Positions 1 through 10,761 of a stretch of 64,000 bases of DNA are shown piece by piece. Numbering within the stretch: position 1 is the first letter of the stretch; each line of letters begins with the position of its first letter. A model generated the notes under the pieces. It ran no database searches. It had not been told where the DNA came from and saw only the letters and a list, made by a program, of their open reading frames with translations. The stretch is from Phyllobates terribilis. Lineage: Eukaryota. Location of the stretch: positions 158,906,001 through 158,970,000 of the forward strand of contig NW_027362768.1 of NCBI RefSeq assembly GCF_046119375.1, given 5' to 3'. The position numbers and the translations under genes are program-made.

Positions 1-2786
1 TCACAGTCACTATTACGGGGTCGCCCACACCCCAATACTGATCACTGTCACTATTACGGGGTTACCCACACCCCAATACTGCAATACTGGTCACTGTCAC
101 TATTACAAGGTCACCCACACTCCAATATTGATCACTGTCACTATTACATGGTCACCCACACCTCAATACTGGTCAATGTCTCTATTACCGGGTCACCCAC
201 ACCCCAATACTGATCACCGTTACTATGATGGGGTCACCCACAACCCAATACTGGTCAATGTCACTATTACAGGGTCACCCACACCCCAATACTAATCACT
301 GTCACTATTACAGGGTCACCTACACCCCAATACTGGTCACTGTCAATATTACAGGGTCACCCACACCCCAATAGTGCAATACTGGTCACTATTACAGGGT
401 CACACACACCCCAATACTGATCACTGTCACTATTATGGGGTCACCCACATCCCAATACTGGTCACTGTCACTATTACAGGGTCACACACACCCCAATACT
501 GATCACTGTCACTATTACAGGGTCACACACACCCCAATACTGATCACTGTTACTATTACAGGGTCACACACACCCCAATACTAATCACTGTCACTATTAC
601 AGGGTCACCCACTCCCCAATACTGGTCACTGTCAATATTACAGGGTCACCCACACCCCAATACTGGTCATTGTCACTATTACAGGGTCACACACACCCCA
701 ATACTGATCACTGTTACTATTACAGGGTCACACACACCCCAATACTGATCACTGTTACTATTACAGGGTCACACACACCCCAATACTAATCACTGTCACT
801 ATTACAGGGTCACCCACACCCCAATACTGGTCATTGTCACTATTACAGGGTCACACACACCCCAATACTGATCACTGTTACTATTACAGGGTCACACACA
901 CCCCAATACTAATCACTGTCACTATTACAGGGTCACACACACCCCAATACTGATCACTGTTACTATTACAGGGTCACACACACCCCAATACTAATCACTG
1001 TCACTATTACAGGGTCACCCACACCCCAATACTGGTCATTGTCACTATTACAGGGTCACCCACACCCCAATACTGGTTACTGTCAATATTACAGGGTCAC
1101 CCACACCCCAATACTGGTCATTGTCACTATTACAGGGTCACACACACCCCAATACTGATCACTGTCACTATTATGGGGTCACACACACACCCCAATACTG
1201 ATCACTGTCACTATTACGGGGTTACCCACACCCCAATACTGCAATACTGGTCACTGTCACTATTACAAGGTCACCCACACTCCAATATTGATCACTGTCA
1301 CTATTACATGGTCACCCACACCTCAATACTGGTCAATGTCTCTATTACCGGGTCACCCACACCCCAATACTGATCACCGTTACTATGATGGGGTCACCCA
1401 CAACCCAATACTGGTCAATGTCACTATTACAGGGTCACCCACACCCCAATACTAATCACTGTCACTATTACAGGGTCACCCACACCCCAATACTGGTCAC
1501 TGTCAATATTACAGGGTCACCCACACCCCAATAGTGCAATACTGGTCACTGTCACTATTACAGGGTCACACACACCCCAATACTGATCACTGTCACTATT
1601 ATGGGGTCACCCACATCCCAATACTGGTCACTGTCACTATTACAGGGTCACACACACCCCAATACTGATCACTGTCACTATTACAGGGTCACACACACCC
1701 CAATACTGATCACTGTTACTATTACAGGGTCACACACACCCCAATACTAATCACTGTCACTATTACAGGGTCACACACACCCCAATACTGGTCATTGTCA
1801 CTATTACAGGGTCACACACACCCCAATACTGATCACTGTTACTATTACAGGGTCACACACACCCCAATACTAATCACTGTCACTATTACAGGGTCACCCA
1901 CTCCCCAATACTGGTCATTGTCACTATTACAGGGTCACACACACCCCAATACTGATCACTGTTACTATTACAGGGTCACACACACCCCAATACTAATCAC
2001 TGTCACTATTACAGGGTCACCCACACCCCAATACTGGTCATTGTCACTATTACAGGGTCACACACACCCCAATACTGATCACTGTTACTATTACAGGGTC
2101 ACACACACCCCAATACTGATCACTGTTACTATTACAGGGTCACACACACCCCAATACTAATCACTGTCACTATTACAGGGTCACACACACCCCAATACTG
2201 ATCACTGTTACTATTACAGGGTCACACACACCCCAATACTAATCACTGTCACTATTACAGGGTCACCCACACCCCAATACTGGTCATTGTCACTATTACA
2301 GGGTCACCCACACCCCAATACTGATCACTGTCACTATTATGGGGTCACCCACATCCCAATACTGATCACTGCCACTATTAAAGGGTCGCACACACCCCAA
2401 TACTGATCACTGTCACTATTACGGGGTCGCACACACCCCAATACTGATCACTTATACTATTACAGGGTCACCCACACCCCAATACTGATCTCTGTCACTA
2501 TTATAGGCTCACCCACATCCCAATACTGATCACTGTCACTATTATGGGGTCACCCACATCCCAATACTGATCACCGTCACTATTATAGGCTCACCCACAT
2601 CCCAATACTGATCACCGTCACTATTATGGGGTCACCCACACCCCAATACTGGTCACTGTCACTATTATGGGGTCACCCGCACTCCAATACTGATCACCGT
2701 CACTATTACGGGGTCGCACACACCCCAATACTGATCACTGTCACTATTACGGGGTCGCACACACCCCAATACTGATCACTGTCACT
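1..2786. repeat. 41-bp minisatellite, left part
   Basis: Tandem unit TCACTGTCACTATTACAGGGTCAC(A/C)CACACCCCAATACTG(A/G) with variant units; runs off the window start. Confidence 0.97.
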
Positions 2787-4420
2787 GGAACGCCTGGTCC
2801 ACTCCCGTCTAATCCGCTATCTCTCAGACAACTCTCTTCTTGACCCTTTACAATCTGGTTTCCACTCTTTACATTCTACTGAAACTGCCCTCACTAAAGT
2901 CTCTAATGATCTACTAACAGCTAAATCTAATGGTCACTACTCCCTGCTGATTCTCCTGGATCTCTCTGCAGCATTTGACACTGTGGATCACCAGCTCCTC
3001 CTCACTATGCTCCGCACTATTGGCCTCAAGGACACGGTTCTCTCCTGGTTCTCCTCTTATCTCTCTGACCGCTCCTTCTCTGTGTCTTTTGCCGGCTCCT
3101 CCTCCTCCCTACTTCCTCTTACTGTCGGGGTTCCTCAAGGATCAGTCCTAGGCCCCCTTCTTTTCTACTTATACATTGCTCCCATTGGACAAACAATCAG
3201 CAGATTTGGTTTTCAGTACCATCTCTATGCTGATGACACCCAATTATACACCTCTGCTCCGGACATCACCCCTGCATTACTACAAAAGACCAGTGATTGT
3301 CTTTCTGCTGTGTCTAACATTATGTCCTCCCTGTGTCTAAAACTGAATCTGTCAAAAACTAAAAAATACGTTTCCTCCCTCCACTAACCTACCTGTGCCC
3401 GATATTGCCATCTCCGTTTGTGGCTCAACCATTACTCCCCAGCTACAAGCCCGCTGTCTTGGGGTCATTTTTGATTCAGATCTTTCTTTCACTCCTCACA
3501 TCAAATCACTCGCTCGTTCATGTCATCTACACCTCAAAAACATCTCAAGAATCAGGACTTTTCTCACCTTTGACTCGGCAAAAACTCTTACTGTCGCTCT
3601 TATTCATTCTCGTCTTGACTATTGCAACGCTCTACTAATCGGTCTCCCTCTTACTAAACTCTCCCCTCTCCAATCCGTCCTGAACGCAGCAGCCAGGATC
3701 ATATTCCTCGCCAACCGCTACACCGATGCCTCTTCCCTGTGCCAGTCATTGCATTGGTTGCCCATCCAATATAGAGTTCGTTTTAAACTTATCACGCTTA
3801 CCCACAAAGCGCTCCATGCTTCAGTACCCCCCTACATCTCCTCCCTTGTCTCAGTCTACCACCCTACACGTGCCCTCCGTTCTGCAAATGACTTGAAACT
3901 AAAATCCTCCATAATCCGAACTTCCCACTCCCGTCTCCAAGATTTCTCGCGTGCTGCGCCAATTCTCTGGAATGCACTACCCAGGACAGTTCGATTAATT
4001 CCCAATACCCACAGTTTCAAGCGAACCCTAAAAACACATTTCTTTAGACTGGCGTATCGCCTAAACACACTCTGTCCATCCCAGCTTTCCCCCATATTAA
4101 AATCTTCTTCAACTTCGGGTTCAAACCAACCATGCACATAAAAGCCTCTGTCAGGACTGCACACATACTGGCTGGCGACCAGTCCATGTATTATTATTTA
4201 TCCTATTCAGTATATCAAGGCTGCATTATACAATATATGTACTTTTTACCTTTTGTGTCTCCCCCACTTCCTCATAGACTGTAAGCTTGCGAGCAGGGCC
4301 CTCACTCCGTTCGATATGAGATATGCTTATTCTGTATTGTCTGTATAAGTCCCCCCTAAAATTTGTAAAGTGCTGCGGAATATGTTGGCGCTATAAAAAT
4401 AAACTTATTATTATTATTAT
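2787..4420 (+). mobile_element. 5'-truncated L2-clade LINE (RT 3' half, 3' UTR, (TTA)n tail) inserted in the minisatellite
   Basis: ORFs 2983-3387 ([18 protein letters not shown]) and 3395-4141 (SRLDYCN, LHWLP) are broken by a frameshift near 3360-3395; L2-type 3' end TAGACTGTAAGCTTGCGAGCAGGG; (TTA)n tail 4405-4425. Confidence 0.92.
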
Positions 4421-5195
4421 TATTACAGGGTCACCCGCACTCCAATACTGATCACCGTCACTATTATGGGGTCACACACACACCCCAATACTGGTCACTG
4501 TCACTATTACAGGGTCACACACACCCAATACTGATCACAGTCACTATTACGGGGTCGCCCACACCCCAATACTGATCACTGTCACTATTACAGGGTCACC
4601 CGCACTCCAATACTGATCACCGTCACTATTACGGGGTCGCACACACCCCAATACTGATCACTGTCACTATTACAGGGTCACCCGCACTCCAATACTGATC
4701 ACCGTCACTATTACGGGGTCGCACACACCCCAATACTGATCACAGTCACTATTACAGGGTCACCCACATCCCAATACTGATCACCGTCACTATTATAGGC
4801 TCACCCACATCCCAATACTGATCACCGTCACTATTATGGGGTCACCCACACCCCAATACTGGTCACTGTCACTATTATGGGGTCACCCGCACTCCAATAC
4901 TGATCACCGTCACTATTACGGGGTCGCACACACCCCAATACTGGTCACTGTCACTATTATGGGGTCACCCGCACTCCAATACTGATCACTGTCACTATTA
5001 CAGAGTCACCCACACCCCAATACTGATCACTGTCACTATTACAGAGTCACCCACACCCCAATACTGCTTACTGTAACTATTACAGGGTCACCCACACCCC
5101 AATACTGCTTACTGTAACTATTACAGGGTCACTCACACCCCAATACTGATCACTGTCACTATTATGGGGTCACCCACACCCCAACACTGATGACC
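4421..5195. repeat. 41-bp minisatellite, right part
   Basis: Same unit resumes in register after the L2 tail. Confidence 0.95.
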
Positions 5196-5224
5196 GTTAC
5201 TAATAAGGGTCTCTGGTACCTCAC

Positions 5225-5310
5225 CTGGGTCACCGTCGTTCCTAGGGGGTCACTTCGTTGTCCGCACTCGGGCTGCAGAGTTTAGGTGAAGTTTGGTGGA
5301 AGCGGCGCTG
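5225..5310 (-). other. Candidate non-coding first exon of a minus-strand gene lying left of the window (CCDC17 by synteny inference)
   Basis: Donor CAG|GTGAGG at 5225/5224 just downstream of promoter motifs in CpG-rich DNA; 5' boundary approximate; identity from human gene order only. Confidence 0.5.
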
Positions 5311-5375
5311 GTCTCCATGGAGACGGCGGGAAGGGACGGGGGCGGAGTCTGGTCCTTACACTGAGCTCTGATTGG
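5311..5375 (-). promoter_or_regulatory. Promoter with RFX X-box palindrome, GC box and CCAAT box
   Basis: GTCTCCATGGAGAC 5311-5324, GGGGGCGGAG 5338-5347, CTGATTGG (CCAATCAG on minus) 5368-5375. Confidence 0.65.
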
Positions 5376-5944
5376 GGCGTGCAGTAGTTCGGCCGTACCA
5401 TTACTGCTCGAGTGGGGGGGGGGGGGGTGTCATGTCTGGCTGATGACGCTGGTCCTGTACAACAAGTCGCAGTGTTAATTTCTGTGAAACGCCGGACCCT
5501 TCTCATTACACAGCAGAGCGCGGGCTGTGGAGCAATGAAGACAGCGCTCCTACTGCCAATAGCGACCAATCAGATCAGAGCTCTCATATGTACTAGGCAG
5601 GAAAATCAGTGAAAGCTGCGACCTGATTGGTTGTTATGACGATGGCAGCAGTATGTAGGCTGCCTTATTTACACTTGTATTCTAAGGGCTTTTCCTTCCT
5701 TGTGGCCATTTTTTTTTTCTTGTATGTATTTTTGACTAAAAATCATTTTTGGAATTGGGTTTCATTAAAAATGTTGCACCGTTTGCCCTCTCTACTCTCT
5801 GTTAGGATGAGTTAACTGAGAATCCATCAGTGAGCTCATTCTGATAAGAGAGTTCATAACTCTGTTATCTATCCTCATCTGACCTCCTCTCAGGTGATTT
5901 ATGACCACAGAGCACAGCAAAGTAGACTGTGCTTCCAAGCAAAG

Positions 5945-6060
5945 AGCCTGTAAAGGCAAAATGGTACAAAATGTTTAACGAAACCAAATTACAAAAATTA
6001 TTTATAGCCCTAAATACATGCATTTAATTAAAAAAAAGCCCCCAGAGGTGGACAACCCCC
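5945..6060. mobile_element. Terminal part of a T2/Kolobok-like non-autonomous element
   Basis: Ends GTGGACAACCCCC-TTAA; similar to the end at 47440-47550. Confidence 0.45.
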
Positions 6061-6388
6061 TTAAATTCTGCTTGCTCGAATGGAAACCAAGAGGGACCAT
6101 TTAGCGGAGTTCACACTGGCGGTTGAGTCCTGTTTATAGCAACGGAAAAGCAAATGTAATTTTGGAACCTGAGAAAATGGTACACCAGTATAATAAAAGG
6201 AAACATTCCAGATTTCTTTTTTTATTCACATAAAACATCAGAAAAACTTCAGAAACAATCCCAGCGTCCACTTCAGACGAGTTTTGGACCGGTTACGGCC
6301 CTTATGTGATAAACCCCAATCTGTAGTAAAAAAAAGAAAAAAATTGAAATATTGCAATTTTCACACCGGTCACTTCGGCTTTCTTTTA

Positions 6389-6694
6389 CGGTACGTGCAC
6401 ATGTTAAGTAGTTGCAGCAGACATTTTTGCACCAAAAAAAGTGACTCTCCGCAGGAAAAACGCTGCATTTTTTTTTTTTATTTCCCGCATTCACTTGAAT
6501 GAGTGTAAAACGCTGCAAAAACAATGAAAGAATTGCCACGGTTGCAGACATGGAACTGCTTCAAATCTGCAAGGAAAAAATGCAGTGTGTGCACGAGACT
6601 TCAGAAAGTCATTCTCATTCAAACTCTTCATGTTGCTGAGACTGTAAGATGCTTTTTTTTTCTGAGGGAAAAACACAATGTGTGAACAAGCCCT
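6389..6694. mobile_element. PIF/Harbinger-type MITE
   Basis: Imperfect TIRs (GGTACGTGCACATG / TGTGTGAACAAGCCCT); internally similar to 20689-21132 and the remnant near 38990-39216. Confidence 0.55.
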
Positions 6695-6819
6695 TAGACT
6701 CCAACTTCCTGTTGTTTCAGGAAACATCAAATGTACGTTATCACAATGGTCGGATCCAGACCCTATGTTTTGTATTGTAGCATCTAATGAGCGTGTGCAA
6801 AGGTCATTGTGAAGAGAGG

Positions 6820-7790
6820 TAGAGGTAAGCTGTGATATCACCTATTGTGATTGGTGGATCCCGTATTATCTCCTGTATAATATAGGTGTTATCAGTCATT
6901 GTACAGGAAGGGGGAGGCGGTGAGCCGTGACATCACCTATTGTGAATGGTGGATCCAGTGTTATCTACTGTATATAGAGGTGTTATCAGTCATTGTACAG
7001 GAGGAGGAGGCGGTGAGCCGTGACATCACCTATTGTGAATGGTGGATCCAGTGTTATCTACTGTATATAGAGGAGCTATCAGTCATTGTACAGGAGGGAG
7101 AGGAAACTGTGTCATCACCTATTGTGAATGGTGGATCCTGTGTTATCTACTGTATATAGAGGTGTTATCAGTCATTGTACAGGAGGAGGAGATGAGCGGT
7201 GATATCACCTATTGTGAATGGTGGATCCAGTGTTATCTACTGTATATAGAGGTGTTATCAGTCATTGTACAGGAGGAGGAGGTGAGCTGTGACATCACCT
7301 ATTGTGAATGGTGGATCCTGTGTTATCTACTGTATATAGAGGTGTTATCAGTCATTGTACAGGAGGGGGAGGAGGTGAGCTGTGACACCACCTATTGTGA
7401 ATGGTGGATCCTGTGTTATCTACTGCAGGGTTCCCCAACTCCAGTCCTCAAGGCCCACCAACAGGTCATGTTTTCAGGATTTCCTTAGTATTGCACAGGT
7501 GATAATCCCATCACCTGCACAGGCAACAATCCCATCACCTGTGCAATACTAAGGAAATCCTGAAAACATGACCTGTTGGTGGGCCTTGAGGACTGGAGTT
7601 GGGGAACCCTGATCTACTGTATATAGAGGTGTTATCAGTCATTGTACAAGAGGGGGAGGAGGTGAGCTGTGACATCACCTATTGTGAGTGGTTGATCCTG
7701 TGTTATCTACTGTATATAGAGGTGTTATCACTCATTGTACAGGAGCAGGAGGTGAGCTGTGATATCACCTACTGTGAATGGTGGATCCTG
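6820..7790. repeat. About 90-bp minisatellite
   Basis: Unit GTGAGCTGTGACATCACCTATTGTGAATGGTGGATCC...GTCATTGTACAGGAGGAGGAG, about 8-9 copies. Confidence 0.93.
7426..7611. mobile_element. 186-bp palindromic hAT MITE inserted in the 90-bp minisatellite
   Basis: CAGGGTTCCCC...GGGGAACCCTG termini, near-perfect fold-back, exact 8-bp TSD ATCTACTG (7418-7425 and 7612-7619). Confidence 0.93.
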
Positions 7791-8850
7791 AAGTAAGAGT
7801 AATCAGTCCAAAACACGGTGGATGTAGGATTTTTTTTTTCTGAAACTTTTCTGTTTTTAATTTCACAATAATAAAGATGGGATTTTTGTGTCTTCTCATT
7901 TGTATGAAATGCAAGATACGGGTGAGTTAATTTTTTTTTTCTGCCATTTTCAAACCCACGAAGGTCACATAAAGCAAACAGAAGACTATGACACTGTCAG
8001 ACCCATCGGTCAATAGATAATGGTGGTAACGGAAAGAAACACAAGATTTAATGGATACATCAAGAATAATGGCAAAATGGAAAAACATTCATTCATACTT
8101 CCATTCATAGTAGAATTGTTTTACTTTTTGGCCCTTTAAATAAGTAAAAAAACAAAACAAAACACATACCCATTGTATCTTAGTTTTTTTTTTTCTGCTC
8201 AGCCTTTAAATGTACCTGTATGCAACCCAGATGTTCCTCTGAAGCTGCAACAAATTGACAGGTCCTACATTTTGTAATCCCTTCTAAACCAGACCCATCA
8301 ATTATAACTTAACTATTAATTTTGAGGAGGAAAAAGGTATTTTTATTTAGTCAAGATTAAAAAGAACAATTTTTTTATTTTTTTTAAATAAAACCTTTAG
8401 AACTGCCAATGTTAGAAACATAATAAAAGATAGTGAAATGCAGGATATTTTTTCCTTAGACAATATATAACATATGTTCCCGACGTCCCACATGTGGCAC
8501 TTTCTCTTAGCAACCATGTCCTAATAATAAAGTTCTGGAACTTTCCTTCTACATATCTGCAGATCACATTGGTTGCAGATATTTCGGTGACGGCCTCATT
8601 CAGCTAAACAGTTTCCAGAAATCTATGAAGGAGCGGCAGTAATAGCCTCATGCACACACGAAGAATGGTTTAGTTGCAGAAATTTCACTCAGAACAATTA
8701 TTCATCCAGGAATTCCATGTCAGTCTCTTTGATAATTAAATATTCAACAGAATAAAGTTATTGTAACTTTTTCACACTTTGGTCTGTGTGATTTTGTGGC
8801 ACTGTTTATAAGAGCCCAAGAACATGAATTCTTCCCATGACAAACTTAAA

Positions 8851-9213
8851 AGGGGTTGTCAAGCTTTGACATGGAATCATTCTATGTGACTGCAGGAGAG
8901 TGAATCCTCACATTGTGTGCACAATCAGGATTTTCCAGTTCCAGGTTACCACGTGTGTGTGCAACTTGCATACTGCATACTCACATTCCAACTAGACGTG
9001 CTAAATACAAGTGAATTGAGAAAGGTCGGACATGTCGAGTCGGAATGTGTTGCTGGAATTATGTAAATCGCATGAACGCGGTAACATAACGCCCGGTCTC
9101 GCTGCCGACACCGCAGAATCCTGACAGCACGCAATGTGCACGATTTGAGGTTTTATAAGTCTGCAGTCACATAGATTAACTGCAAACTTTCGTGCCAAAC
9201 CTGGAAAAAGCCT
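8851..9213. mobile_element. T2/Kolobok-type MITE
   Basis: TTAA near both ends, AGGGGTTGTC start, internal inverted arms TCTATGTGACTGCAG / CTGCAGTCACATAGA. Confidence 0.6.
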
Positions 9214-9617
9214 TTAAAGTGAACCAGTGTGTTCTCTGGAATCAGCACAGGCTGCTGCCCAAACTCACCTGATTCTCAATCACTGGTTTGAAAACTGTAG
9301 CCATCTGGTAGGAGTCTAGAATATGACGGTATGTGTAGGAGCAATTGGGTAGGGGTAGACCTAAGACATAAATTTCCGATCGCTGGGGGCTCCACTGTGC
9401 TACCCCAAGAACAGGCTCTAGAAATCCACATCTGAATGGAGCAGAGGTAGAGCATGCACAACTCCACGCATTCACTAATGGGGTTTTCCAAAACTAAATG
9501 TTAGGAGGCAGAAACATTCCCCACCACAATGAACGTTGTAATTTACTTACATTAGCAAAAGTACCTGCTTTCCCCACTAGTTTATAGCGGTCACTTAACC
9601 TCACTTTTATCCAATGG

Positions 9618-9788
9618 GATCCGGCCGTGTTTACCAGTCACATGAGGTACAGACACATTACACCAGCCCTGTATTGCATTTTGGGGCATCAATATGTAGT
9701 AAAAAACGGAGCATGTGTGGACTAAGCCGCAAGTTAAAGGGCTGGTCTAATGTCTGCACACCATGTGACCGGAAAACATGGCCGGATC
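9618..9788. repeat. Inverted repeat, probable MITE remnant
   Basis: Arms GATCCGGCCGTGTTTACCAGTCACATG...CCAGCCCT and AGGGCTGG...CATGTGACCGGAAAACATGGCCGGATC. Confidence 0.7.
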
Positions 9789-10541
9789 ACAAGAGAAGAG
9801 GGGGTCATGTGCCCGCTGTAAAAAAGTGGGCAAACCAGGTTGTTTTACTACTGTAGGTAAATTACAAAAGTTCATTGTGGAGGGGAATTTCACGGCCTAC
9901 TAGGTCAAGAGGGTTTTCCCAAAAATAACATCTTTTTAAGCGTGCTCTTTATGTGTGGCGTGCGAAGAGAAAAAAAATCTATACATATTTTGTAATATAA
10001 AGAATCATTAAAAAATATTTAAAAAAAATAATAATTATATATAATATATTGAATTAGAAATATATACAATATTTTATATATAAAAAATAAACTTTAAAAA
10101 AGACGGATTTTGGTAAGACCTTACCTGTAAAATCCTTTTCAGCGAAGGAAGGAAGGGAGACACAGATCCATTACTAGTGGGTAGGCTGAGCCCCACAGGA
10201 TAGTTCACCTCAGATTAGAAAAAAGTGACGACCGGCCCCTCCAGCTTAGGCTCCTCCTACTCCCATGTCCTTCAGTCCGTACAGAAGCTAAGGAAGAGCA
10301 GACAACACCAGCGGAACAACACAACCCCTTCCGAAAATTCAGAAATGCGAGAGAACAGGTTATGCATATAACAGAAAAAACACACAGTCCCAGGCACTAC
10401 TCACTGGACCTGACAACTGCGATGAGCTGGCAATGCTGGAACAGAGCCCTAGCGCGCCGACCCCAGCCTAGATGACCGTCATCAGAGAGGAGTCGCGCCG
10501 CATCTGGAAAACAATAATACACTTCTGCCAAGGGAGGGTGC

Positions 10542-10650
10542 TCTGTCTCCCTTCCTTCCCTCGCTGAAAAGGATTTTACAGGTAAGGTCTTACCAAAATC
10601 CGTCTTTCAGCAGCAGAAGGGAAGGGAGACACAGATCCATTACTAGTGGG
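10542..10650. repeat. DIRS internal complementary region (ICR)
   Basis: Reverse complement of the left terminus joined through TTT (10605-10607) to the reverse complement of the right terminus. Confidence 0.92.
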
Positions 10651-10761
10651 ACGTCCCAAAGCAGTCCAGAACTCAAGGGTGGGAAACAGTGGCAGAATCG
10701 GCAACACCCCAACAACTTAGTCAAGCGCGCAACAAGCGCCAAAACTAGATAAAGAGATAAC

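Noticed and set aside
1-5195. CRISPR-like regular 41-bp periodicity, and ORFs 1173-1373 and 1795-2160
   Set aside because: Units are contiguous with no unique spacers, there are no cas genes, and the context is eukaryotic. The ORFs are translations of three 41-bp units (123 nt) cycling through frames.
6899-7796. Cys/Trp/Tyr-rich repeat ORFs (DITYCEWWIQCYLLY)
   Set aside because: Artefact of a 90-bp minisatellite whose unit length is a multiple of 3; no splice or promoter support
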